From Bradymonas sediminis (lineage in GTDB: Bacteria; Myxococcota_A; Bradymonadia; Bradymonadales; Bradymonadaceae), in contig NZ_CP030032.1 of NCBI RefSeq assembly GCF_003258315.1, forward strand, positions 2,177,804 to 2,209,803: DNA of 32,000 bases, written 5' to 3'. The position numbers and the translations under genes are program-made. The notes beneath the pieces are model-generated. The model was not told the DNA's origin. It did no database searches and worked only from the letters and a program-made list of their open reading frames with translations. Positions 1 to 8,197 of this stretch are shown here, in pieces; the first letter of the stretch is position 1, and the number at the start of each line of letters is the position of its first letter.

Positions 1-269
1 TGCTGACCTCCTATGAGACCGAGATCTTCGCGCGCTGGCGCGTCGAACAAGCCGCCGGATACTCCGACGCCAAGCGCCTTCAATACCTCTCCGAGATCCC
101 CAGTCTATTGCCCCACTATAATGTCGACTTCGCCCGCGGCGTGTTGGCCTACCAGGCAAAGGATATCGCCGGCGCGCTGAAGGCCTTCGAAACCCTGCAT
201 CAGCGCGACCCCAAGGCGGGCTATGAAGGCTATGTGCGCTATCTTAAAGAGCAGGTTCCGGCCGGCTGA
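1..269 (+). CDS. 3' end of a hypothetical (TPR-like helical) protein, 5'-truncated by the window edge
   Basis: Open frame from base 3 to TGA at 267-269 (…FARGVLAYQAKDIAGALKAFETLHQRDPKAGYEGYVRYLKEQVPAG*). GC3-rich codon usage matches neighbouring genes. Absent from the ORF track because it has no start in the window. Confidence 0.5.
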   Translation, partial: LTSYETEIFARWRVEQAAGYSDAKRLQYLSEIPSLLPHYNVDFARGVLAYQAKDIAGALKAFETLHQRDPKAGYEGYVRYLKEQVPAG

Positions 270-323
270 CGGGGGCCGACGCAGGACTTTGCGAATTTTT
301 CCGCGCAAAAAAGCAAATACTTA

Positions 324-352
324 TTGACAGCGCGCAAATCCTCTCATATACA
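324..352 (+). promoter_or_regulatory. sigma70-like promoter for the tRNA-Ala pair
   Basis: TTGACA (324-329), exact 17-nt spacer, TATACA (347-352), about 55 nt upstream of the first tRNA. Confidence 0.45.
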
Positions 353-407
353 TCGCCTCCCGTTGGGCAGTGGGTTCCATTTGAACCACAGCGCCCAAAA
401 AGGTGAC

Positions 408-480
408 GGGGCCTTAGCTCAGCTGGGAGAGCGCTACGCTGGCAGCGTAGAGGTCATCGGTTCGATCCCGATAGGCTCCA
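408..480 (+). tRNA. tRNA-Ala (anticodon GGC), copy 1
   Basis: 73-nt cloverleaf GGGGCCTTAGCTCAGCTGGGAGAGCGCTACGCTGGCAGCGTAGAGGTCATCGGTTCGATCCCGATAGGCTCCA. Anticodon loop CTGGCAG, G3:U70 alanine identity pair, GGTTCGATCCC T-arm. CCA is not encoded. Confidence 0.95.
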
Positions 481-518
481 CTTGAAGCACCCAAAAAGAG
501 TAACCATATCACCCCATT

Positions 519-591
519 GGGGCCTTAGCTCAGCTGGGAGAGCGCTACGCTGGCAGCGTAGAGGTCATCGGTTCGATCCCGATAGGCTCCA
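519..591 (+). tRNA. tRNA-Ala (anticodon GGC), copy 2, identical to copy 1
   Basis: Exact 73-nt repeat of 408-480 at a 111-bp period. The upstream CCCAAAAAG motif is also duplicated. Confidence 0.95.
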
Positions 592-616
592 CTTTAAAAA
601 TCTAAGAGCAGCAAGA

Positions 617-652
617 ACGCTCCGGAAGGCCATCGCCTCCCGGGGCGTTTTT
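617..652 (+). terminator. putative rho-independent terminator after the tRNA pair
   Basis: ACGCTCCGG (617-625) pairs with CCGGGGCGT (640-648): 9 bp including one G-U, with a 14-nt loop. Followed by a T-run to 652. Confidence 0.4.
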
Positions 653-810
653 GCGTTCGGCCGCGCGCCCTGCCCCAGGCGGCCGTCCGGGGGGCGATTT
701 TGATAATGTGTCGCTTGAACTTGCGCCGACTCAAGCCTATGTTGACCCTCTTCGAAGTGAAGTTTCATTTGCCACGATGCTAGATATTTGGCAGCCCAAA
801 AGAGAACACT

Positions 811-1242
811 ATGACCAATTTCATGAAGTTGAATGCCCGCAGCGAGATGCGCCTTGGCGAATACGCGATGCGCCTTGTTCGAATCGAGTCTCATATCGGC
901 CGCGGCGAGCTGCGCGCCGCGCGGGCGCGCATCGCCGGACTCGCCGACGAACTTGAGGACTTTCGCCGTGAGATCGACTTTCCGATCGAGATGGTGATCA
1001 TCGGCTCCCAGCTCGGTCTGCTCTCGGGCAAAGGGTCGCTGCTGCGCGGCCGCCTGCCGGGCGTGCTCTTGGGCGGCGTCGCCGGCTGGTTTATCGGGCA
1101 TTCGCTGACCGCCCAGAACCGGCGCTATCTCGACGAGATCGTCGCGCGGGTCACCCTCCTTGAGATCGGCCTGGCCCAGGAATTCGCCCAACGCGCCCAG
1201 GAGGATGCGCCCAACCCGGCGACCACGGCCTCCGGGGAATAG
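811..1242 (+). CDS. hypothetical small membrane protein (Gly-rich hydrophobic segment)
   Basis: 143-aa ORF with strong GC3 codon bias. Contains hydrophobic segments MVIIGSQLGLLSG and GVLLGGVAGWFIG. The competing 233-aa minus-strand ORF is Arg/Gly/Ala low-complexity. Confidence 0.6.
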   Translation: MTNFMKLNARSEMRLGEYAMRLVRIESHIGRGELRAARARIAGLADELEDFRREIDFPIEMVIIGSQLGLLSGKGSLLRGRLPGVLLGGVAGWFIGHSLTAQNRRYLDEIVARVTLLEIGLAQEFAQRAQEDAPNPATTASGE

Positions 1243-1424
1243 GGCCTCTTTGGCGCGCGGTCGCATTGAAATGCATCGATGCTCAGCGTAGCCTTATCGA
1301 CAGGCTTAATCGACACTTTGGAATCTGATGCCCGCGGTATAACCTGCGCGCTCAAGCTTAAAACCCGAAGCGATGGGGCGTTTCCGAACACTTGTTTTGC
1401 ATCCTTTTTACCAGGAGCCGACGC

Positions 1425-2513
1425 GTGCGATATTCGAGACTGTTCATCTTAATCATTATGTTATCCGTCACCGCCTCTGGGGCGTGTGCGAGTAATGAAT
1501 TGACCGATGATGTTATCGGGCAAGATATCGAAGTCGACGCGAACTCCGAGGGTGACGCGAGCCAGGACGCACAGGCAGAGGATACGCGCGTTGAGGACGT
1601 GCAACCCGAGATCGACACCGCGCCCTTTTGCCGGCCGAGCGACAACGCCTGCGCCGATGAAAACACGACGCGAATCTGCGCGCCGGATGGCTCCGAGTTC
1701 GTCGAGACGGCGTGCGCCGAAGACGAAGAATGTGTGAGCGCAGCCTGCGTGACGCGCCCGATCTGCGACGCTGGCGAGAAGAAATGCTACGACGCGTCGA
1801 ACCTGATGACCTGCCGGCCGGGCGGCACCGCCTGGCGCACCGAGACCTGCGACGACGGCACCACTTGCGTGGCCGGCGCCTGCGTCTCCGGCGCCCCGAA
1901 CGGCGCGGTTTGCGCCGAGAATAGCGACTGCGCCAACGCCCTGTGCCGCTGCGGCGCGGAGGAATCCTGCAGCCCCATCGGCGGCGAGGCCGTGACGCCC
2001 TATTGCAGCGCAGGCTGCACGCCCGGCAGCTGCGGCAGCGGCGAAGTCTGCGCCTCCGCCCAGGACTTCCCCGCCCTCGGCCAAGATCATTGCGTGCCGG
2101 CGTGCAATCAAACCTGCGCGCTTGACGGCATGACCTGCGCCTCGATACCCACACGTGACTCGGGGTCGCTGACCTTCGAGCAGGCATGTGTGCCCGAGGG
2201 CGTGGTCAATATCGGCCTGGAGTGCAGCGCCGCCACGGCGAGCGCATGTGCCGGCGGCACCTGCCTGGATGACGTCTTCGAGGTCGGCCTTTGCACCAGC
2301 ACCTGCACCGGCGACTGCCCCGACGGCACCGCCTGCGTGCAGTTGAAATCTGGTGACAGCGCCTATTATTGCTCCCCGATCTGCGGCGACGGCACCCCCG
2401 GCGCCTCGACCACCTGCCCGCTGGACGGCGGCCGCAACCTTTGGAGCATCACCTGCAAAACAAAAAGCGACTTCAACGGACTGCCTATTCAGGTTTGCGC
2501 CAAAAGCAGCTAA
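1425..2513 (+). CDS. secreted cysteine-rich repeat protein, probable lipoprotein
   Basis: GTG at 1425 lies 7 nt after AGGAG (1413-1417), in frame with track ORF 1392-2513. Signal peptide MRYSRLFILIIMLSVTASGAC has a lipobox-like SGAC. About 40 Cys residues, in repeated modules ending CV-x-(A/G)-ACV. Confidence 0.7.
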   Translation: MRYSRLFILIIMLSVTASGACASNELTDDVIGQDIEVDANSEGDASQDAQAEDTRVEDVQPEIDTAPFCRPSDNACADENTTRICAPDGSEFVETACAEDEECVSAACVTRPICDAGEKKCYDASNLMTCRPGGTAWRTETCDDGTTCVAGACVSGAPNGAVCAENSDCANALCRCGAEESCSPIGGEAVTPYCSAGCTPGSCGSGEVCASAQDFPALGQDHCVPACNQTCALDGMTCASIPTRDSGSLTFEQACVPEGVVNIGLECSAATASACAGGTCLDDVFEVGLCTSTCTGDCPDGTACVQLKSGDSAYYCSPICGDGTPGASTTCPLDGGRNLWSITCKTKSDFNGLPIQVCAKSS

Positions 2514-2527
2514 TACCTACGTGAAAC

Positions 2528-2551
2528 GCCCGACACAGTGTCGGGCCTATT
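2528..2551 (+). terminator. putative terminator hairpin downstream of the Cys-rich gene
   Basis: GCCCGACAC (2528-2536) and GTGTCGGGC (2538-2546) form a perfect inverted repeat, followed by CTATTT. It overlaps the track's GTG 2538 start, which argues against that start for pyk. Confidence 0.4.
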
Positions 2552-2600
2552 TGACCCAATTACTTTCCACGTTATTGCCGACATCTATCGGACCAAATAT

Positions 2601-4016
2601 ATGCGACGCGCTAAAATTGTTTGTACTCTAGGGCCTGCCTCAGATTCTCCGGAAGTCATCGCGCAACTGATCCACGCGGGCATGAACGTCGCGCGGCTCA
2701 ACTTCTCGCACGGAAGCCACGACTACCACCGCGCCCTCTATAAGCGCGTGCGCGACGTCGCCGAGGAGCTCAACAAGCCGGTGGCCATCATGCAGGACCT
2801 GCAGGGCCCGAAGATCCGCGTGGGCAAATTCAAAGACGGCCCGGTGCAGCTTATCGAGGGCAACGAGTTCGTCATCACCATCGACGATATCGAGGGCGAC
2901 CAGGAACGCGTCTCCACGACCTATAAGGAGCTGACGCGCGACATCGCCGTGGGGGACGTACTCCTGCTCGACGACGGCCTGATTCGCCTGGAGGCCATCG
3001 ACGTCACCGCCACCGACGTGCGCACGATCGTGCAGATCGGCGGCTTGCTCAAAAATAATAAGGGCATCAACCTGCCGACCGCGGCAGTGTCGGCGCCGAG
3101 CATGACCGAGAAGGACAAGATCGACCTGAAGCTGGGCCTGGAGCTCGGGGTCGATTATATCGCGCTGAGCTTCGTGCGCTCGGCGCTCGACATCCATCAG
3201 TTGCACGCGCTGATTCCGCCGCAAACCCACGACATCAAGATCATCTCTAAGATCGAAAAACCCCAGGCGATTCATGAGCTTGAGGACATCATCTCGGTCT
3301 CCGACGGCATCATGATCGCGCGTGGCGACCTGGGCGTTGAGCTGCCGCCGCAGAAGGTCCCGCTTATCCAGAAGCGCGCCATCCGCATGGCCAACGAGAT
3401 GGGACGCATCTCGATCACGGCCACCCAGATGCTTGAGTCGATGACCGAGAACGCGCGCCCCACCCGCGCCGAGGCCTCCGACGTCGCCAACGCGGTCCTG
3501 GACGGCACCGACGCGGTCATGCTCTCCGGCGAGACCGCCGCGGGCAAGTACCCGGTGGAGTCGGTGCGCATGATGGCCAGCATCGTCGAAGAGGTCGAGC
3601 ACGGCCGCGGCTCCCCGATTCATCACGGCCCGCAATTTATTCAACACCTGCGCACCTTCCCCAACGCGGTCGCCAAGGCGGCGAGCATCGCAGCCGATGA
3701 GCTCAACGTCAGCGCCATCGTGGTCTTCACCGAGTCCGGCGCCACCGCGCGCCTGATGATGACCTACCGCCCGACCAAGCCCATCGTCGCCTGCACGCCG
3801 AACGAGCGCGTCTACAACCAGTTGGCGATGTATTGGGGCGTTGAGGCCTACCAGATCGACCTGCTCCAAAATACCCAGGGTATCTTGAGCCGCGTCGAGA
3901 AGATGATGGTCGAGAAGCGCGGGGCGAAGTCCGGCGACGAGATCATCATCGTGATGGGGAATCCCGCCGGCGCCGGCTCGGAGACAAACCTCATCAAATT
4001 CCACCGCATCCCCTAA
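2601..4016 (+). CDS. pyk: pyruvate kinase
   Basis: MRRAKIVCTLGPAS…NVARLNFSHG…MQDLQGPKIRVG…IMIARGDLGVE…TQMLESM… are canonical PK motifs. ATG at 2601 matches the usual N-terminus (MRR-KIVCT-GP). Confidence 0.95.
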   Translation: MRRAKIVCTLGPASDSPEVIAQLIHAGMNVARLNFSHGSHDYHRALYKRVRDVAEELNKPVAIMQDLQGPKIRVGKFKDGPVQLIEGNEFVITIDDIEGDQERVSTTYKELTRDIAVGDVLLLDDGLIRLEAIDVTATDVRTIVQIGGLLKNNKGINLPTAAVSAPSMTEKDKIDLKLGLELGVDYIALSFVRSALDIHQLHALIPPQTHDIKIISKIEKPQAIHELEDIISVSDGIMIARGDLGVELPPQKVPLIQKRAIRMANEMGRISITATQMLESMTENARPTRAEASDVANAVLDGTDAVMLSGETAAGKYPVESVRMMASIVEEVEHGRGSPIHHGPQFIQHLRTFPNAVAKAASIAADELNVSAIVVFTESGATARLMMTYRPTKPIVACTPNERVYNQLAMYWGVEAYQIDLLQNTQGILSRVEKMMVEKRGAKSGDEIIIVMGNPAGAGSETNLIKFHRIP

Positions 4017-4059
4017 AGCAGCGCCCTCTGATGGAGCGCGCCCGCGCTCCAAACAAAAA

Positions 4060-4086
4060 CGCGCCGCCTCAATCTGAGGCGGCGCG
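4060..4086. terminator. bidirectional terminator hairpin between convergent pyk and the GGDEF gene
   Basis: CGCGCCGCCTCA (4060-4071), loop ATC, TGAGGCGGCGCG (4075-4086): a perfect 12-bp GC-rich stem. Flanked by an A-run upstream and GTCTCGTTT downstream. Confidence 0.6.
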
Positions 4087-4117
4087 GTCTCGTTTAAGCT
4101 TCAACCCATCAAGTCGA

Positions 4118-5086
4118 TTATTTGCCAACGACTCGGTTTCGCCCAAGCTCCTTGGCCTGGTAGAGCCGGTCATCGGCGAGCTTGATAAATGGGTGGGAGT
4201 TGATGACTTCTTGCTGAGTGTCGGTGTGGGACGCGCGCGATGACGACGCGAAAACCGACGGCGACATCGCCTTAAACGGCGGCATGATCGCCCGATACTC
4301 ATCGAGGTCGGCGACCCCGAGCGACAGGGTGACGTGAATCTCGGTATCGTCGAATTCAAAGGGCTCCGAGGCCACCGTGGCGCGCAACTTCTCGGCCAGG
4401 CGCGTCGCCTGGGCGCGGTCAACCTCGGGCAACAGCAGCACAAACTCCTCGCCGCCGTAGCGCGCGAAGACGTCGTCTCGCCGAATCTGACCGTTGATGC
4501 GCTGGGCGACCTTCTTCAAAATATGGTCGCCGGCCAGGTGGCCGTAGGTGTCGTTAATCGCCTTAAAGTGGTCCAGGTCGCACATGATCAGCGAGAGGCT
4601 GCGCTCGTAGCGGATCGAGCGACTCATCTCCTTCTCGATCGCCTGGAGAAAAAAGCGTTTATTGTAGATCTCGGTGAGCCCGTCGACCGTGGTCAGTCGA
4701 TAGATCTCGTCGTGATAAGACGCCTCGATATTGCTGCCGGTGAGAAACTTAAAGATCGTGCGGCCGATCTTAATCTGGTCGCCGTCGCGCAGCCGCTGGT
4801 CGGTCACCTCGACGTCGTTGACATAGGTTCCGTTGGTCGACGCCATATCCTTGAGCAGATAGTGGTCGCCGGAGTCATAGATCGTGGCATGGGAGCGCGA
4901 AATGGCGTCCTCATCGATCTGAATATCGCCTTTGCTCGAGCGCCCGATGACCGTGGTCGGCTGAGATAGCGAATATTTTTTGCCCAACTCAACGCCATTG
5001 ATAACCACCAAACAAGCTTCCTGCCCCGAGGAGTCCGGGGTGGGCAGCTTATTAATGACTGTAACAACTGTATTATCGTTGGCCAT
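4118..5086 (-). CDS. FHA domain-containing diguanylate cyclase (FHA-GGDEF)
   Basis: N-terminal FHA (TVIGRSS…DISRSHATI…DMASTNGTYVN). C-terminal GGDEF domain with an intact GGEEF site and an RxxD I-site (RRDD) 5 residues upstream. Ends …LYQAKELGRNRV. Confidence 0.9.
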   Translation of the reverse strand: MANDNTVVTVINKLPTPDSSGQEACLVVINGVELGKKYSLSQPTTVIGRSSKGDIQIDEDAISRSHATIYDSGDHYLLKDMASTNGTYVNDVEVTDQRLRDGDQIKIGRTIFKFLTGSNIEASYHDEIYRLTTVDGLTEIYNKRFFLQAIEKEMSRSIRYERSLSLIMCDLDHFKAINDTYGHLAGDHILKKVAQRINGQIRRDDVFARYGGEEFVLLLPEVDRAQATRLAEKLRATVASEPFEFDDTEIHVTLSLGVADLDEYRAIMPPFKAMSPSVFASSSRASHTDTQQEVINSHPFIKLADDRLYQAKELGRNRVVGK

Positions 5087-5234
5087 CTTCTGCTCTCGGC
5101 TAACCGTACTTTTGCGCGCAGAATGCGATTCACGAACCCGGACGCGTTTTGCTAAATTCGGCGCCCACTCAAGAAGCGGCGTTCCGAAGAAATAAAGGCC
5201 TTAAGTTTTTGTCCAAGATTCCTTGTCGCCGATG

Positions 5235-5263
5235 ATTAAATCAAAGAATCATCATAATTGCAA
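5235..5263 (-). promoter_or_regulatory. candidate sigma70-like promoter with overlapping palindrome upstream of the FHA-GGDEF gene
   Basis: Minus strand reads TTGCAA (5263-5258), 17 nt, TTTAAT (5240-5235). The inverted repeat GATGATT-N9-AATCATC (5231-5253) overlaps the spacer and -10. Sequence pattern only. Confidence 0.3.
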
Positions 5264-5328
5264 AGATATTGCGATAACTAGCGCAACTCATCGCGTGGTA
5301 TCCGAGAAGCCGCCGATGAGCGCCGCGT

Positions 5329-6729
5329 TCACTCCTCGTCGTCAATCGAGCGGGCGGCGCCGGCGTCCGCGTTGCTCTGGGCCAACTTCGCCCACTGCTC
5401 AAAACCCTCGCGCCCAAGCAACCCGTGGGCGAGCTTCTTGCCAAGCTCCACGCCCGGCTGGTCGAAGGCGTCGATATCGAATAGTTCACCCATCAGCGCG
5501 GTGATAAATTCCCAGGCGAAGATAAATGAGCCGAGATCATCGGCCTGCACCCCGTCGAAGCGCCACGTGCTCGTCGGCCGCCCGGCCTCTTGGAGTGCGC
5601 GGCGCGTTCCCTGAAGCTCGGCGTCGAGAATATCGCCGAAATCGAGGCCCGCCAGGTGCGCCAAACTCGCCGGAAGCCCCGGGCGCGTCGGCACCTTAAG
5701 CTCGCGCCCAAACGACGCGACCTCAAGGAAGACCATCAACTTATCGTTGGGCCCCTCCATATAGAGCTGGACCTGGCTATGCTGGTCGATAACCCCCAGC
5801 GCCTTAATCGGCGTCATGCCGACATGGACGGAGTTACCGCCGCGGTCCTTTGCCTTGCCGAGGCTCTCCGCCCACAATTGGCGGAACCAATCGGCGATGG
5901 GGAGCAACTGGTCGCTATAGGACATCATGACGATCTGGTCGACGCCGCGCTCGTAGAGCGTGAAGATATCGGCGGTGATCTGGAGCAAGGTATTATGCTC
6001 GAAATCCGGCAGCGCGGCGCACTCGCGCGCGCGCTTGGCCCCGGCGAGCAACCCGCGGATATCTATGCCCGCCAGGGCGAGCGGCACCAGGCCAACCGGC
6101 GTGAGGACGCTGAAGCGGCCGCCGACGTTGGTCGGCACCTCGAAGCTATCAAAGCCGTAGTGGTCGGCCAGCGCGCGAAGGCCGTCGTTTTTGGGGCCGG
6201 TGATCGCGACAAAATGCGCGCGGGCCTTGTCTTCGCCCAACTCGCTGCACACCCGGTCAAAGGCCAACCAGAATTTCGACATCGTCTCGACGGTGGAGCC
6301 CGATTTGGTCACCACGATAAAGAGCGTCTTGCTTAAGTCCAGGCGGTCAAAGAGACGCGCGACGCCCACCGGATCAATATTCTCGGTGAAGTGCGTGCGC
6401 AGCCCGTCGGCCGAACCCTCGCCGGCGTGCGGATCTTCGGCCAGGGCCTCGTAGAGTGCCCGGCTGCCCAGGCTCGAGCCGCCGATGCCGATGACGACCT
6501 GCTCGCGGAAGCCCTCGGCGCGTTTCTTCGCTGCCCAGCTGAGAATCGACTCGGGGTCCTTTTGCGGACAGTCGATAAACCCGAGCTCCCCGCGCTCGTG
6601 GGCCGTGCGAATGGCTTGATGCGCCTTAAGAAGTCGGGGGCGAAGTCGACTTCGGTCGAGGTCAGATACACCGCGAGCGTCTCCAACCACCGACGGTTTA
6701 AGGCCAGTTGCATCGTAGCGTAGCGTCAT
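5329..6729 (-). CDS. pgi: glucose-6-phosphate isomerase
   Basis: 466 aa with PGI/SIS family motifs (…VVIGIGGSSLG…, …FIVVTKSGSTVET…, …GGRFSVL…, …DQHSQVQLY…). Confidence 0.9.
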   Translation of the reverse strand: MTLRYDATGLKPSVVGDARGVSDLDRSRLRPRLLKAHQAIRTAHERGELGFIDCPQKDPESILSWAAKKRAEGFREQVVIGIGGSSLGSRALYEALAEDPHAGEGSADGLRTHFTENIDPVGVARLFDRLDLSKTLFIVVTKSGSTVETMSKFWLAFDRVCSELGEDKARAHFVAITGPKNDGLRALADHYGFDSFEVPTNVGGRFSVLTPVGLVPLALAGIDIRGLLAGAKRARECAALPDFEHNTLLQITADIFTLYERGVDQIVMMSYSDQLLPIADWFRQLWAESLGKAKDRGGNSVHVGMTPIKALGVIDQHSQVQLYMEGPNDKLMVFLEVASFGRELKVPTRPGLPASLAHLAGLDFGDILDAELQGTRRALQEAGRPTSTWRFDGVQADDLGSFIFAWEFITALMGELFDIDAFDQPGVELGKKLAHGLLGREGFEQWAKLAQSNADAGAARSIDDEE

Positions 6730-7014
6730 CTGTGCATCTCCTTAGACGGGTCATATAAATTAAACGGGTAATTATTCTGGACGAAAAGTATAACCCTAAA
6801 ACGAATTTCAAGCCAACACGCCACGATTTTTGTTGGACGGCGCGCATCTGGCGCCCGATGGCAGGGATGATTCGGCGCGCCGGGCTTGTTCTGTAAGGGG
6901 AAATGCACCAGTTTTAGGGTAGACTGACTGATGCTTGGCTTCGAGCCGTTTCGCCACCCTTGTCGTTATCCCATGGGTGAGGGCTCGGGCAATTGAGTTT
7001 CTTAAAAGAATGGA

Positions 7015-8178
7015 ATGCTTGCTTCGATGCCAACCAGCACACCGCCACCAAAACGCATCCCCCCGATGACGCCGCGCGAGCGGCGATCAGGCGGCGCGTT
7101 CTGGGTGGCGCTGGGCGTGGCGGCGCTGCTTCACATCCCGATTCTTGCCGCCCTGCCCCATTTGCTGCGCGCCAATCAACCGTCGCTCACCAGCGCGCTT
7201 GAGGACGCGCGCGATTTCCGCCTCAGCCTGGTCACCGAGCCCACCAAGACCAAAGAAGAGGAGCGCGCCGAGCTGCGCGAGAAGTTACGCGATGAGCTCG
7301 ACGGGCAATTTGTGAGCATGGAGGCCCCCGAGGTTGAGGAGACCCCGGACGAGGCGCGCTTTTTAGACCAATACGCGTCCAAGGCCCGCGAGGAGACGGT
7401 GCGAAAGCAAAGCTCGCTGCCAAAGACCAAGTCCGCGAGCGCGGCGAAGCCCACGCCGACGCCCCGGCCGGAGCCCGCGCGCCCAGCCGAAGCGCGCCCA
7501 GCCGAAGCGCGCCCCGTCGAGCAGCCGCCCGAACAGCAGCCCACCCCGACGCCCCAAAAGTCATCGCCCAGCCAGGACCAGCGACCGCCGCAGGCCAAGC
7601 CCGAGAGCGCGCCCACGAACCCGCTCAAGCTCGCCGAAGACGGCGCGTTTAAGGCCGAAGCCCCCGCGGACTTCGCCCCCGACACCCCCGCCCGCCCGCT
7701 CAGCCCGGGTGACCTATTCCCCACCGCCCAGAACACGCCGGCGGCAATCGCAGGGGACGGTAATTTCGATTATTTGGCCGACGTGACCGAAGGCGAAAAG
7801 ACACTCTTGAACCGGAAACGCTCGCGCTATTGGTCCTTTATGAATCGGCTCAAGGAGGCGGTCGCCGAGGAGTGGTCCCCCATGGAGGAGTACCGCCGCC
7901 GCGACCCGCAGGGGAAGGTCTACGGCGTCAAAGACCGCTACACAGTGCTGCGCGTCACGCTCAACGGCGACGGCTCACTGCGCACGATCAACGTGGCGAA
8001 GAGTTCGGGATTGAAATTCTATGATGATGAGGCGGTGCGCGCGATGCGAAGCGCCGCGCCCTTTATGAACCCGCCGGAGGGGCTCAAGGATAGCGACGGG
8101 TTGATTCATATCAACTTCGGGCTGCTGCTCGACGTGCATCGCGGAACCCTGCGCGGGTTCCGCATCAATCGTCGCTGA
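7015..8178 (+). CDS. TonB-family (TonB C-terminal domain) protein with long Pro/Ala/Glu-rich linker
   Basis: N-terminal anchor GGAFWVALGVAALLHIPILAAL, a Pro-rich spacer, and a C-terminal TonB_C-like module (…YTVLRVTLNGDGSLRTINVAKSSGLKFYDDEAVRAMRSAAPFMNPPEGL…). Confidence 0.8.
   Translation: MLASMPTSTPPPKRIPPMTPRERRSGGAFWVALGVAALLHIPILAALPHLLRANQPSLTSALEDARDFRLSLVTEPTKTKEEERAELREKLRDELDGQFVSMEAPEVEETPDEARFLDQYASKAREETVRKQSSLPKTKSASAAKPTPTPRPEPARPAEARPAEARPVEQPPEQQPTPTPQKSSPSQDQRPPQAKPESAPTNPLKLAEDGAFKAEAPADFAPDTPARPLSPGDLFPTAQNTPAAIAGDGNFDYLADVTEGEKTLLNRKRSRYWSFMNRLKEAVAEEWSPMEEYRRRDPQGKVYGVKDRYTVLRVTLNGDGSLRTINVAKSSGLKFYDDEAVRAMRSAAPFMNPPEGLKDSDGLIHINFGLLLDVHRGTLRGFRINRR
7477..7514 (+). repeat. 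15-bp tandem repeat (about 2.5 copies) inside the TonB-like linker
   Basis: GCGCGCCCAGCCGAA occurs at 7477-7491 and 7492-7506, with a partial third copy. Encodes ARPAEARPAEARP. Confidence 0.85.
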
Positions 8179-8197
8179 TCCCTGCAGATACCGATGC

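Noticed and set aside
482-1266. ORFs 482-703 (+), 565-1266 (-) and 651-956 (+)
   Set aside because: They overlap the second tRNA, the terminator and the better-supported 143-aa gene. Their composition is Arg/Gly/Pro-rich and typical of non-coding frames.
1461-2187. Arg-rich minus-strand ORFs antisense to the Cys-rich protein gene
   Set aside because: Extreme Arg/Ala content. The plus-strand frame has a Shine-Dalgarno sequence, a signal peptide and regular Cys spacing.
2538-2600. GTG 2538 as the pyk start (track model)
   Set aside because: It lies inside the upstream terminator hairpin and adds 21 non-conserved residues. ATG 2601 gives the canonical MRR-KIVCTLGP N-terminus.
2640-4052. 470-aa minus-strand ORF antisense to pyk
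   Set aside because: It is a low-complexity Arg/Ala/Gly/Asp/Leu shadow ORF of a high-GC gene. The plus-strand frame carries unambiguous pyruvate kinase motifs.
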